Below, piece by piece: positions 1 to 9,497 of a stretch of 64,000 nucleotides of DNA. Origin of the DNA: an uncultured virus (IMG/VR IMGVR_UViG_2630968826_000003) (Duplodnaviria; Heunggongvirae; Uroviricota; Caudoviricetes). The stretch lies in IMG/VR virus record IMGVR_UViG_2630968826_000003; one strand, written 5' to 3'. Position 1 is the stretch's first letter. Each line of letters starts with the position of its first letter. Made by a program: the position numbers and the translations under genes. Below the pieces are notes generated by a model. That model was not told the origin of the DNA, did no database searches, and worked only from the letters and a program-made list of their open reading frames with translations.

Positions 1-1055
1 AAACCAAGGTATGTGAGAAGACCAGCTACATCCTTTCCACTCAAATTGGTAAGCGTATTGTCCAGCGGTTGTTTACCTGCCAGCGCATTAAGCATTGTCG
101 TGGCAAAGTTCGGATCATTCCCCAGTGCCGCCGCCAGTTCGTTCAGTGTATCCAGTGCAGCAGGTGCAGAACCCACCATTCCTGCAATCGCCGATTTCAC
201 AAAAGCCGTAGTGGCAATCTGTGTATTGTTGACCGACTGCGCCGCCGTGGGGGCTGTTGGCGTTCCGGTGAGTGCCGGACTCGACAACGGTGCTTTAAGT
301 GCCAGCGCATTGTTAATGGTGGTACTGAAATTCGGATCATTGTTAATGGCTGCGGCTATTTCTTTCAGCGTGTCCAGCGTGGCTGGCGCACCATTAATAA
401 GGGCCGTCAGTGCCGCCTGTACAAACGCAGTGGTCGCAACCTGCGTGGTATTATTCCCCGCCGCTGGCGTTGGCGCTTTGGGGGTTCCGGTAAATGTCGG
501 GCTGGCTTTTGGCGCGTACTGTGAATGCGGGTCCGGTGCGGCAAGATGTTTTGCCATCTGATCATCCGCGTACACCTTCAGCTCCAGTGCCTTGTCATCC
601 ACATACTTGCGGGTTGCCAGCACTACAGCAGGGTCGATTTTCAGGGTGATATTGTCCGTGCTGCTGGTAATCAGCACCATGCGCACGGTCTGAGTGCGCC
701 CGCTACCTTCAGCCAGTTGCGGCTTATAGCTTTCCGGGCAGTTGCCCACGGCAATCAATGCCCCGGACTCATCAAACAAGCCCACTTCACGTATCCACCA
801 ACCGCCCTCGTTTTCAGGGATCACCTGTTCGGCAATAATCTGGCTGCTGTTCTGCGGGTCGATATAAAGCATATTCAGCGCAGCCCGGCGTTTCTCATTT
901 ACCAGTGCCGTCTGCTTTGCGTCCGGCGTTGGCAATACTCCACCGCCATCGCCCACCGCCATATGGGTAATTTTTAGCGGCACACCGAGCGCGGCGGCGC
1001 TGGCAAGTTTCGCCGCGCCAATATCCGTCAGCAGGGTATAAAATTTTGTGCTCAT
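1..1055 (-). CDS. H: Tail fibre protein (P2 gpH-like), truncated by window start
   Basis: ATG at 1055 overlapping the gpI stop; reads MSTKFYTLLTDIGAAKLASAAALG; internal SPALTGTPTAPT / TQIATTAFV / DTLNELAAALGNDPNF fibre repeats; absent from ORF track because it is open-ended. Confidence 0.9.
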   Translation of the reverse strand, partial: MSTKFYTLLTDIGAAKLASAAALGVPLKITHMAVGDGGGVLPTPDAKQTALVNEKRRAALNMLYIDPQNSSQIIAEQVIPENEGGWWIREVGLFDESGALIAVGNCPESYKPQLAEGSGRTQTVRMVLITSSTDNITLKIDPAVVLATRKYVDDKALELKVYADDQMAKHLAAPDPHSQYAPKASPTFTGTPKAPTPAAGNNTTQVATTAFVQAALTALINGAPATLDTLKEIAAAINNDPNFSTTINNALALKAPLSSPALTGTPTAPTAAQSVNNTQIATTAFVKSAIAGMVGSAPAALDTLNELAAALGNDPNFATTMLNALAGKQPLDNTLTNLSGKDVAGLLTYLG

Positions 1056-1657
1056 GGATTCACTCTCATTGTGTCAATAACATGGACCGCCCCGCCTTCA
1101 TGCGCGGTGCCACCGGAAATAATCGTTTCGTTGATATACGGATAGATCGTGATTTCTTCGCCAAGATAGCTGGCGGCTCCCACCCAATGCGGGCCGCTGG
1201 TCTGCAGATTGATGGACATGCCGATCATGTGGCGGCTACATGGTTTGGCATCGCTTATCAGTCGCTCAAGTTCCAGATAGGTATCTTCAGTGATGCCCTG
1301 GTCCTGCACGCCGATATCCAGGCGAAACGTGCCCGGTGTTTCTCCGGTCTGCCACCACTCAATAATGCGGATCAGGAATCCGAACGGTTCCACCACCCGC
1401 CGCACGGCACTGGTGGTTCCTTTATGCTGATGAATATAAAAAGCATCCTTCACTACCTGGCGTTTGACGCTTTCTGTCCAGCCCTCGTCCCAGCGATCCA
1501 CAGAGAACGCCCAGGCGAGATAAGGCAGGAAGCTGACCGGACAGGTAGCCGGATTCCACAAGTCACGCAGCGGCACCTGCAAATCAGAAATCCCGCTACA
1601 GGTTTGCGCCAGTCGGCGCTCCAGTGAAGTTGAACCCGGTGGCAGCAGACTATTCAT
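1052..1657 (-). CDS. I: Baseplate/tail protein I
   Basis: LWNPATCPVSFLPYLAWAFSVDRWD motif; position between J and H. Confidence 0.93.
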   Translation of the reverse strand: MNSLLPPGSTSLERRLAQTCSGISDLQVPLRDLWNPATCPVSFLPYLAWAFSVDRWDEGWTESVKRQVVKDAFYIHQHKGTTSAVRRVVEPFGFLIRIIEWWQTGETPGTFRLDIGVQDQGITEDTYLELERLISDAKPCSRHMIGMSINLQTSGPHWVGAASYLGEEITIYPYINETIISGGTAHEGGAVHVIDTMRVNP

Positions 1658-2558
1658 CCGTTCCTCCGTTGGTTACGCTCCACTGCGTACATGATGCCGC
1701 CTGTGTTTTGTTCAGGATCACATCCGCCAGCGGAGAAGCCAGTTCCACACGTTGAACACCCTCAACATGCAGAGCAGCAAAGATGGCGCTACGGCGAATA
1801 TCCCGACCAAGCCTCGTCTGGCTGGCAATGTACTTCTGCAGACTGGCTTTTGCCGCTGCCATTACCGGCTCTGCTTCCGGTCCCGGATAGAGAAAAATGG
1901 TGGCTTCCACGCGATACGGGATGATTTCTGCGCTGCGAACCGTAAGACGGTCAGCCACCGGGCGGACGTTCTCACTGTTCAGAGCTTTTTCCACCACGTC
2001 CAGCAGGTCTTTTTCTGCAGTTCCATCGCCTTCGCGGCTAAGGACAGTCAGCACCACCTCTGCAGGTGCCGGGCTGGTTGCACTGGCATCCGCCACCCGA
2101 CCGTCGGCGCTTCGGGCATGAAATTCATAAGCTGCAGTTGGCCCCGCAACAGAAAGCCCTTCAAAGGCTGCAGGCACACGCAGGCGCAACGCTTCATCGC
2201 TTTCCATCACAGCTGCAACGGGCGGCACAGCATCATTATCAGCAGGCGTCACCGTCAGGCGTGTCACGTTGTAGTTGGCAGCGAGCTGGTCAAGATCGCC
2301 GCCCATCGCGTAAGCCACCATCACAGCCTGCGCGGCTTCGTTAATGCGCTGGCGCAGAAGCAACTCACGGTAAGCGTTCTCCTGAAGCAATTTGGTGACG
2401 GGTTCAGATTCCAGTTCCAGCGTGCGGATCACGGCTTCCTGCTCATCTTTCGGATGAAGCGCAACAAATTCGGCCTTGCGTTCGGCAAGCAGCGCCTCAA
2501 AGTCCGGCACATCGACAATCTGCGGCGCAGGCAACTGCGAAAGGTCAATCACTGCCAT
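1650..2558 (-). CDS. J: Baseplate wedge protein J
   Basis: Start MAVIDLSQLPAP; GLSVAGPTAAYEFHARSAD motif. Confidence 0.93.
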   Translation of the reverse strand: MAVIDLSQLPAPQIVDVPDFEALLAERKAEFVALHPKDEQEAVIRTLELESEPVTKLLQENAYRELLLRQRINEAAQAVMVAYAMGGDLDQLAANYNVTRLTVTPADNDAVPPVAAVMESDEALRLRVPAAFEGLSVAGPTAAYEFHARSADGRVADASATSPAPAEVVLTVLSREGDGTAEKDLLDVVEKALNSENVRPVADRLTVRSAEIIPYRVEATIFLYPGPEAEPVMAAAKASLQKYIASQTRLGRDIRRSAIFAALHVEGVQRVELASPLADVILNKTQAASCTQWSVTNGGTDE

Positions 2559-2904
2559 TCTCTGCTCCTGTTGATACGGAAAGGGACACAGGCACACCGT
2601 TATTCCGCCGCCCGGTCAGCTCCACCACCATAGAACCGTCAAAGTTGCTGTTGATGGTGATGGAATCCAGCGTCAGCCGTGGCTCCCAGCGACTCAGCGC
2701 CACATACACTGCCGACATGACCTGCAGGCGTAACGCCGGATTTTGTGGCTGGTCTATCAGTGCCGACAGCAGGGAACCATATTCACGACGAGCAATGCGG
2801 CTACCCTGCGGCGTCAGCAGAATGTCCCGCACCGACTGGCGCAGATGGTCAATATCAGTAATGACTTTGCCGCTGGTATTGTTCATCCCGCTATAAAGCG
2901 TCAT
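2545..2904 (-). CDS. W: Baseplate protein W (gp25 family)
   Basis: HLRQSVRDILLTPQGSRIARREYGS and WEPRL motifs. Confidence 0.93.
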   Translation of the reverse strand: MTLYSGMNNTSGKVITDIDHLRQSVRDILLTPQGSRIARREYGSLLSALIDQPQNPALRLQVMSAVYVALSRWEPRLTLDSITINSNFDGSMVVELTGRRNNGVPVSLSVSTGAENGSD

Positions 2905-3479
2905 ACCGGTCCTCCGGTTGTATCGCCGCCTTTCAGGACGCCAGTATGCTGATGCGCATCAACCACGATCCCGTTAGAACTCATCGCTCCGCCGCCCTGG
3001 GTAACACCACCATTGATCACCACTTCGCTGCTAATGCGCGTGCGGTCAGCCTCCAGTACAAACTCACTGGTTTTCATGGTGATGTTGTCAGCGGCCTCAA
3101 TGACCATTGATTTGATGCCCCTGACATACCAGCGCCCGGTGGCGGGTTCGTATTCAAACCAGCCACCGTCAGGATGTTCTGTCACGCAGGCGTCTGCCGA
3201 CGTCGACGGTGGTGCGAACTGATTCGAATAGACAGCGGGCAGCGCAAAGGCAGTTTCCAGATTGCCGCCCAAACTCAGTAGCACCACCTGCTCACCTTCC
3301 GATGGTTTCCACCATGTGCGGGCATTACCCGCGCGCAGCGTCAGCCAGTTAATCCAGTTGGTTTCAAGGTCGCCCGTTTTCACCCGACAAAGCCAGTGTT
3401 CCCGGTCCACTTCGGTGACTACACCAGTGCGGATCAGATTGGTGATAAGGCGCATGATTTCGGTTAATTGTGCGTTCAT
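2901..3479 (-). CDS. V: Baseplate spike protein V
   Basis: NLIRTGVV...WWKPSEGEQV; C-terminal HQH metal motif. Confidence 0.93.
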   Translation of the reverse strand: MNAQLTEIMRLITNLIRTGVVTEVDREHWLCRVKTGDLETNWINWLTLRAGNARTWWKPSEGEQVVLLSLGGNLETAFALPAVYSNQFAPPSTSADACVTEHPDGGWFEYEPATGRWYVRGIKSMVIEAADNITMKTSEFVLEADRTRISSEVVINGGVTQGGGAMSSNGIVVDAHQHTGVLKGGDTTGGPV

Positions 3480-3525
3480 AGGGAAAGGTTGCCATCAGGG
3501 GAAGAAAGGCGGCAGTGCTGCAACT

Positions 3526-3543
3526 TGTATCAGTGCTGATACA
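3526..3543. promoter_or_regulatory. Ogr-type late activator site upstream of V
   Basis: TGT-N12-ACA (tgtatcagtgctgataca), the P2 late-promoter consensus. Confidence 0.7.
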
Positions 3544-3547
3544 AAGA

Positions 3548-3994
3548 TCACCCCGCCAGCCATTGCAGAATCATGTCGCGGGTCATTGCCTCAACATCAT
3601 CATTTACGCCCAGAAGACGACGCTCTGCGTAACGGACCTCAGGTCCTTTGCGACTGACGCGATCACGCAGGCCGTAATGGTGAACGCGGGCAATACGCTG
3701 CACCTTACCTTCAAACTGCACGCTGGCAGAATCCGTGCTGGCGGCGGTTTTCAGGTATTTTTTGGTGCGAAGTTTTGTAAACATCTGCCGTTTGATGCGG
3801 CCTTTTTTACTGCGTGCTGTTACTCGCCTCGGTTCATAGCTGCTGCCATCAGGATTGCGTTGCATCCTGATGTTCTGCTGCTGTGCCCGGCGCAGTTCCT
3901 GCGCCAGCTGGCGCATCATGCGGCTTCTGGCGGCTGGCTCCAGATTCGCCAGCAAAGCACTCAGCCAGTCGTCCACCTTCTGCAGTTCAGCCAC
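3548..3994 (-). CDS. S: Tail completion protein S
   Basis: QRNPDGSSYEPR, ARVHHYG, RRLLG motifs. Confidence 0.92.
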   Translation of the reverse strand: MAELQKVDDWLSALLANLEPAARSRMMRQLAQELRRAQQQNIRMQRNPDGSSYEPRRVTARSKKGRIKRQMFTKLRTKKYLKTAASTDSASVQFEGKVQRIARVHHYGLRDRVSRKGPEVRYAERRLLGVNDDVEAMTRDMILQWLAG

Positions 3995-4418
3995 GTTTCA
4001 CCGTCCACATTTCTTCAGGTTCATCGGGTTCTGCTACAGCTTCAACGCTCGACACACTGCCGTCAGTGCTGACCAGCACACGCTCCGTCAGTTGCAGGTT
4101 AAGGCTGATATCACAGACATCGTTGCGCAGAATATCCACCTCAAAGGTGAATAGTTTTTCCCGTAACGCCGGATTATTGATGGCATCGGGCTGGTTATCC
4201 CGCAGCCACAGCAAAACCGGGGCCATCAGCAGATTCTGGTCGCCGCTGAAATCCTCAATCACCGCGTTCAGGGTGTAACGGTACTCCCATGACATGGAGC
4301 CGGCCCCCGTGGCAACCAGCGAACCGTTATCCACAAACAGATGCAGTTTTTCCGGGTTATTGCGGACATAAGGCACCGCTTTATTGAGGGCGTGGCGCAG
4401 GGATTGTGGTTTGTTCAC
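3987..4418 (-). CDS. R: Tail completion protein R
   Basis: GTG start (M)NKPQSLRHAL; LSLNLQLTERV-type motif. Confidence 0.9.
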   Translation of the reverse strand: MNKPQSLRHALNKAVPYVRNNPEKLHLFVDNGSLVATGAGSMSWEYRYTLNAVIEDFSGDQNLLMAPVLLWLRDNQPDAINNPALREKLFTFEVDILRNDVCDISLNLQLTERVLVSTDGSVSSVEAVAEPDEPEEMWTVKRG

Positions 4419-4671
4419 TGTTTCGCTCCTGACACGCAATAATCATGTCCACTTTGTCTGCACAGACCGCCCAGGCGGCCTCCGTTTCATCCAGCAACGC
4501 GTTCAGATCACCGTTAGTGCGCGGCGCTGCCTGATCCAGCCGACACGGCGTCACTCGCGGACAACCACTGACGGTAAGCTGCACCTCCGGTGAGCGTCGG
4601 ACGTTCCCGCAGCCGGATAATGTCAGCAGGCAAAGGAGTATCAGCCCAGCGGCGTAAATCCTCGTTCTCAC
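4381..4671 (-). CDS. lysC: o-spanin LysC
   Basis: Lipobox LSGC, overlaps lysB in another frame, NGDL...WAVCADKVD. Confidence 0.8.
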   Translation of the reverse strand: MRTRIYAAGLILLCLLTLSGCGNVRRSPEVQLTVSGCPRVTPCRLDQAAPRTNGDLNALLDETEAAWAVCADKVDMIIACQERNSEQTTIPAPRPQ

Positions 4672-4942
4672 GTTTCAGTTCCTCTATCCGGTGTTGTCGT
4701 TGTCTCAGCAGCGCGCTGGTCTGTTCTGCTTCGGCATAGAGCCGCGCCTGCTCCCGGTTATTGGTTTCAGTCAGAATGGACAGGCTGATAAGCTGGCTGT
4801 TGCTCTTTGCCAGTGCCTGGCTTTTGCTCTGCAGCTCGTCTGCCTGCGTGCTGATTGTCTGGCTGGCATCAGCCAGCCGCCACGTCTGCCAGCCCAGCGC
4901 CGCCAGTAATAACGCCAGCATAACCAGCAGCAACCGGTTCAT
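4514..4942 (-). CDS. lysB: i-spanin LysB
   Basis: N-terminal TM, coiled coil, LRRWADTPLPADIIRL. Confidence 0.9.
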   Translation of the reverse strand: MNRLLLVMLALLLAALGWQTWRLADASQTISTQADELQSKSQALAKSNSQLISLSILTETNNREQARLYAEAEQTSALLRQRQHRIEELKRENEDLRRWADTPLPADIIRLRERPTLTGGAAYRQWLSASDAVSAGSGSAAH

Positions 4943-5316
4943 GCTGCTACCTGTTGCGCCATCTGATTACGGGTGATCCAGAAGGCAATAACGGTCAGTA
5001 GATAAAAGACCAGGGTAATAGCCCACCCCGTCCAGGCGAGACTTACGACAATCAGCAATCGCATCACCCAGCTGATAAATACGTTTTCTTTTCGGGTAAT
5101 GGTCTTCAGCAAAGATGCCCTCAACTCCTGCCAGAGCGGGCCATTCTTAATTAACGCAGCCAGTGCTACCGGAATTACCGCCCATGTCAGTAAACAGGCT
5201 ACCCAAACGCCGGACGCTGCCAGTACCGGAAAAATCCCCTGCGGATACACCATTGCTGCGATTAACAGCGCCATCCATAACATCAGAAACAGCCCGCTGA
5301 TTAATTTCTTTTTCAT
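4939..5316 (-). CDS. Multi-TM membrane protein in the LysA (antiholin) position
   Basis: Start MKKKLISG, about 4 hydrophobic segments, between endolysin and lysB. Confidence 0.6.
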   Translation of the reverse strand: MKKKLISGLFLMLWMALLIAAMVYPQGIFPVLAASGVWVACLLTWAVIPVALAALIKNGPLWQELRASLLKTITRKENVFISWVMRLLIVVSLAWTGWAITLVFYLLTVIAFWITRNQMAQQVAA

Positions 5317-5317
5317 T

Positions 5318-5830
5318 TCAGTTTGCTCCCTGTAAACACCAGGCCATCTCCCGCGCACGGCGGTTATCCAGCCCCTGATTAAACACACCTTTCACATAAA
5401 CCCAGCGCGGCAACTGTCGGCACGCATCCGCCCAGCGCCGCTGATTGAGTAATTTCACCAGCGTGGAACTGCAGGCATTGCCCGTTCCCACGTTGAAGGC
5501 AAACGACACCGCAGCGTCATATACCTTCTGCGGCGGCTGTTGTTTCACACACCTTTCCAGCGCCCGCTCCACACGCAGCACGTTGGAAATCAGTCCTTCT
5601 GCTGCCTGTCGTTCCGTAATGGTTTTGCCGGGAATGACGCCTGACGTGTTACCAATGCCGTCGGTCCAGACGCCCGCGCTGCACTGATACGGCTGCAGAC
5701 GACAGCCTTCGTAATCGGCAATCAGTTTCAGCCCCTCCACGGAGGTGTGAAGCTGCTGAAATCCCGGCAGCGTGGCAGCAATAGCCAGCACGGCCCCGAC
5801 AAGGCAGCGTTTAACGATTGATGGATTCAT
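5318..5830 (-). CDS. Endolysin (GH24 lysozyme, SAR-like N-terminus)
   Basis: YEGCRLQPYQCSAGVWTDGIGNT catalytic region; SFAFNVG; GLDNRRARE. Confidence 0.92.
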   Translation of the reverse strand: MNPSIVKRCLVGAVLAIAATLPGFQQLHTSVEGLKLIADYEGCRLQPYQCSAGVWTDGIGNTSGVIPGKTITERQAAEGLISNVLRVERALERCVKQQPPQKVYDAAVSFAFNVGTGNACSSTLVKLLNQRRWADACRQLPRWVYVKGVFNQGLDNRRAREMAWCLQGAN

Positions 5831-6026
5831 AGTCCTCCCGCGAGATCTGCCCGTCGCGCAGAAGCTGGTAGGCTTTGTGTTTGTAGTACCAGTTGATAGC
5901 CAGCATCAGCACACCAATCATCAGGCCGCCCAGCGTTGAGGCATCCTTGATGGACAAATCGCCCAGCCAGGCCAGCACAACGGCGATGCAGTACGTGATA
6001 AAGGCGCTGATTCGCTCAAGCGTCAT
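5811..6026 (-). CDS. Holin
   Basis: 71 aa, hydrophobic segments, INWYYK; directly upstream of the endolysin. Confidence 0.85.
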   Translation of the reverse strand: MTLERISAFITYCIAVVLAWLGDLSIKDASTLGGLMIGVLMLAINWYYKHKAYQLLRDGQISREDYESINR

Positions 6027-6029
6027 AAT

Positions 6030-6233
6030 TCAGTCCCATAGCTGGACGGTCTGCACGGTGGTGGTGGTCGGAATGTCCGGCAGCTCCACCTGCAGCCCGT
6101 GAGGTAAAAAGGGGCCATATTCGGCAAGCCCCGGATTTGCCTTCAGTACCTGCTCCGTGACACCCTGCGTGCGCCCGTAATGACGCCAGCAAAGCGCGTC
6201 CACCGTGTCATACTGATGCGCACGCACTTTCAT
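6030..6233 (-). CDS. X: Tail protein X
   Basis: DTVDALCWRHYG...ANPGLA...VQLWD. Confidence 0.93.
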   Translation of the reverse strand: MKVRAHQYDTVDALCWRHYGRTQGVTEQVLKANPGLAEYGPFLPHGLQVELPDIPTTTTVQTVQLWD

Positions 6234-6697
6234 CAGATAAGCTCCACTGTGCAGTGCGGCGCATCCTGCACCCGGCTGATGGCCCAGCGGGCGTCACGCC
6301 ACAAATCACCGCTGGCTTCTGCCAGTTCCTCGCCTCGCTTCACACCAGATGCCGTGGCGTCATAGTCCTGGTATCGTTCGTTGAGCATGGCGCGTGCCCA
6401 GCAGTAAACCGCGTTGAAATAGTGCTGAATGCGCTCACTTTTGCCGTCCAGCTGTTCCGCCGGAACCTCAGCCAGCGACGCATACCCCAGCATCTGCTGA
6501 CGTCTGCGAAACTCATACAGCTCTGCGTTGACCTCCGAAATTGCCGACAGCGCAACCTGCTTTAAACGCGGCTGCGTCACCGTGCCGTCAGTGCGCATGA
6601 CACTGCGAAACTCCGACAGGTCCACATCAGGCCAGAACGGCGTATTTCTGATGATTTCCGCCTGTTCCGGTGCCTGTTCTGGCGCAACAAACTTCAT
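6233..6697 (-). CDS. L: Head completion protein L
   Basis: Start MKFVAPEQ; FWPDVDL, WRDARWAI. Confidence 0.9.
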   Translation of the reverse strand: MKFVAPEQAPEQAEIIRNTPFWPDVDLSEFRSVMRTDGTVTQPRLKQVALSAISEVNAELYEFRRRQQMLGYASLAEVPAEQLDGKSERIQHYFNAVYCWARAMLNERYQDYDATASGVKRGEELAEASGDLWRDARWAISRVQDAPHCTVELI

Positions 6698-6792
6698 GCT
6701 GCTTTCTCCTGAAATAGAGGGCGGTGGACGGGGTTTTGATGTGGCAGTGCCTTTCGCCACCCCGTGCCGCCCGTGCGCGGGGGCACGTTCTG

Positions 6793-7443
6793 TCAGCGGC
6801 TGTCATTGCGCAGTCTGCGCTCCAGCTGCTGTTTGTCTTTTTTCACGCCACAGCGGGGATCAAGCTGTAACGCATGGTTGAGATGATTAAGGGCGGAAGC
6901 CGGATTGCTTTCACTCAGGACAGCGCCAATCGCTTTATGCAGACGCGCCCGTGACTGGTCCGGCATATCCAGACCGTCTGTCAGCTCCAGCGTCTGCAGC
7001 AACAGATCGGCATCAAAGCCGGTGGCGGCAAGCATTGCGCTCTGCGCGGCGTCTGCCATTTCCTCTGCCAGCACGGTCTGCACGTTGCGGTTACCCAGCG
7101 GCATCACCCAGCCATGACGCAGGGCATGACGCCCGATCTCCAGCGCCCCGGCATAATCTCCGGCATCAATGCGCCACAGCATCACGTACATCAGCACGTC
7201 ATCCTGTTGAGCGCCTCCGGCAGCCAGGACACCCTCTGCCCAGGCGGCGTACTTCGGCAGCAGCTCCACCTTGATTTCCGCTTTTTTGACCGTGGACTGA
7301 ACGCCCTTGAGACGGCGGCGGTCTTCCGCCAGTTGCAGCAGCATCAGGTCATAGCCCGATGCGTGGCGAACACTGCCGCCCTCGCGGGCGGCCTGTTCAG
7401 CCTGAACGCGCAGGCGATGCTGCCGTGCGGGACTCAGGCTCAT
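6793..7443 (-). CDS. M: Terminase small subunit M
   Basis: MSLSPARQH; MLWRIDAGD; DMPDQSRARLHK; GVKK. Confidence 0.93.
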   Translation of the reverse strand: MSLSPARQHRLRVQAEQAAREGGSVRHASGYDLMLLQLAEDRRRLKGVQSTVKKAEIKVELLPKYAAWAEGVLAAGGAQQDDVLMYVMLWRIDAGDYAGALEIGRHALRHGWVMPLGNRNVQTVLAEEMADAAQSAMLAATGFDADLLLQTLELTDGLDMPDQSRARLHKAIGAVLSESNPASALNHLNHALQLDPRCGVKKDKQQLERRLRNDSR

Positions 7444-7446
7444 GGA

Positions 7447-8505
7447 TTACGCTCCGGTTTCGGCTGCGGCGGCGCTGAAATCACCAATCTGGATGTTTTC
7501 CACCAGTGCGGCGCAGCGGTAGTCCTCAACCACATAGGCTTCATTAACGGATTCAAAGTTTTCAATCCGGTCACGTTTCGGGTTGTCGATAACTGAACGG
7601 CGGCGGGTGTCTTCCTGCCAGTAGATGGACAGGTTATCCAGACGGGTGATCAGCAGTGCATTCGGCGGGAAGAACGGCGCACGCACGGCCTGCAGGCCAC
7701 CCATGCGTTTCTGACTGATGATCATATCGGCAGCCAGTTTTTCACTGTTTTCCTGCTCTTTGTTGACCAGTGGGAAATACTTGTCAGACAACAGTTCACG
7801 ACCGCAAATCACCACCAGATCGTCATCGTCCTGGTAGACCACATCGATCAGCTCATTGACGGCATCCATCACCACGGCGTCCAGGTTGGCATATTCGCCA
7901 CCTTTCCCGACTTTCACCGCACCCGGTGTGGTTTCACCGCCCGTGGTGGTGCTGCCCATGACGTGATCCGGTGCATCTTCACGGATTTTCTGCAGCCAGC
8001 CTTTGTTCACATCCTGTAGCAGCGGGTTTTCGCTACGGTTGGAGGTTTTCGCACGCTTCACGCCGTTAAAGCCGATCATGATGCGGTCCAGAGCCTGACG
8101 TTTCACGATGGCGTCACGGATGCGCACCTGGAAATCCTGAAACTTCGCCCACAGGTCCAGCTTCGCGTAGGTCAGCACCGTGTCAAAGTTGGTCTGCTCG
8201 CATTTATATTCCACATCGACCATCAGCGTCGGATCGACAGGTTCACGCTCTTTCGCGGTGGTGTCAGTGGTTCCGGCAATGGTGCTGCCAACTCCCAGCC
8301 CCAGCAGCTGACCGGACTGCTCAGTCACTGGCGTGACGTTAATCAGCGTCAGGAAAGCGGCGGACTGCTGGATCTGGTCTTCCAGCGTCTGCTGCACAGA
8401 CGGCTCCACGGTGAACTTGCTGGACAGTTCTTCAACTGCCACACCGTTCAGACGCGCCAGCTGCTGCAGGTAAGCGTTAAAAGCAAAGCGGGTATTCTTC
8501 TTCAT
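7447..8505 (-). CDS. N: Major capsid protein N
   Basis: RQALDRIMIGFNG, NPLLQDVNKGWLQK. Confidence 0.95.
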   Translation of the reverse strand: MKKNTRFAFNAYLQQLARLNGVAVEELSSKFTVEPSVQQTLEDQIQQSAAFLTLINVTPVTEQSGQLLGLGVGSTIAGTTDTTAKEREPVDPTLMVDVEYKCEQTNFDTVLTYAKLDLWAKFQDFQVRIRDAIVKRQALDRIMIGFNGVKRAKTSNRSENPLLQDVNKGWLQKIREDAPDHVMGSTTTGGETTPGAVKVGKGGEYANLDAVVMDAVNELIDVVYQDDDDLVVICGRELLSDKYFPLVNKEQENSEKLAADMIISQKRMGGLQAVRAPFFPPNALLITRLDNLSIYWQEDTRRRSVIDNPKRDRIENFESVNEAYVVEDYRCAALVENIQIGDFSAAAAETGA

Positions 8506-8521
8506 CGGGTTTTGTGCTCCA

Positions 8522-9355
8522 TCAGCAATTGGTCAGAGTGTCAGCGGGGGCGTTACCGCCTGTTGCACGCTGGCGGTAGTCCTGGCGACTGTCTTCATGA
8601 CTCAGCTTGTCCACCAGTTCGTTAAAGGCGGTTTGCTGTGCCTGCAGGGCAGTCTCCAGCTCAGACAGGCGTTCTTCCTGCTCAGACAGGGATTTTTCGG
8701 TACGTGCGCTCAGGTTCTGCTGCTCAGTGGCGACCAGCTCCACGGCCTTATGCACATCAGAGAACCGGGCGTCATCGGACTGCTCTTTTTTGGTAAACAG
8801 CGCCGTGACGCGGGCAAACAGGGACGGTTTGTCGTCCTGGATTTCTTCCAGTTCGATCACCGTTTCCTCTGCAGCGGTAAAGAGATTGGCAGGATTCTGC
8901 TTGCGGTTTGCCAGCGGGTTATGGGCTGCACTGGCGCTGAATGTCAGAATTTCCGTACCCAGACTGGCAGGGTCATCAGTGGCAGCCAGGCCGACCAGAT
9001 AGGCTTTGCCCGTATCAGCGAACTTCGGGCTGACTTCCATAGAGGTGAATAATTTCTGGCCTTTTTTCACCAGTTCCACCAGGGACTCCGTTGGCTCAAC
9101 GTCGGCATACAGCGCCATCTTGCCTGCCAGCGGACCTTCCGTGATTTCTTCAGCAAACAGCGCCGTCACCTTGCCGTAGCGGTTAAAGGTGCTGTCCGGC
9201 AGATAAGACTTGATGTGCTCAAGGTTAATCAGCGCGGTATACACCGCCGGGTTGTAGCTGGCTGCCATCTGTTCCAGCCATTCACGCTGGATTTCGCGTC
9301 CGTCGGTGGTGGCACCTTCCACCCCGATGCGAAAACGCTTTGCTTTCACTGTCAT
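8522..9355 (-). CDS. O: Capsid scaffold/protease O
   Basis: FRIGVEGATTDGR, YLVGLAATDDPASLGT. Confidence 0.95.
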   Translation of the reverse strand: MTVKAKRFRIGVEGATTDGREIQREWLEQMAASYNPAVYTALINLEHIKSYLPDSTFNRYGKVTALFAEEITEGPLAGKMALYADVEPTESLVELVKKGQKLFTSMEVSPKFADTGKAYLVGLAATDDPASLGTEILTFSASAAHNPLANRKQNPANLFTAAEETVIELEEIQDDKPSLFARVTALFTKKEQSDDARFSDVHKAVELVATEQQNLSARTEKSLSEQEERLSELETALQAQQTAFNELVDKLSHEDSRQDYRQRATGGNAPADTLTNC

Positions 9356-9433
9356 GAGCCGTGCTCCGTTAGAAAAAACTTACTGGAGCCTTATGGTTGC
9401 GGTGATGGGGGCAGTGAAACAATGCGCGGTATT

Positions 9434-9451
9434 TGTACCGACAACCACACA
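9434..9451. promoter_or_regulatory. Ogr-type late activator site in the divergent O/P promoter region
   Basis: TGT-N12-ACA (tgtaccgacaaccacaca). Confidence 0.65.
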
Positions 9452-9497
9452 AACCGCAGGCGGGGAAAGCCTTCATTCAAGGCTGTAGGTTTGTGCC

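Noticed and set aside
60..520. Internal repeats in the tail fibre gene
   Set aside because: Ordinary tail-fibre repeat units, not a separate repeat element
13..977. Plus-strand ORFs over the tail fibre gene, and similar long antisense ORFs (e.g. 1752-2633, 16494-17216, 39762-40670, 46205-47056)
   Set aside because: Shadow frames of well-supported phage genes on the opposite strand; no recognisable motifs
9458..9470. aggcggggaaagc, a partial match to the P2 cos sequence in the O/P promoter region
   Set aside because: Only 13 nt and without cos flanking context; the full cos-like site is at 14401-14419
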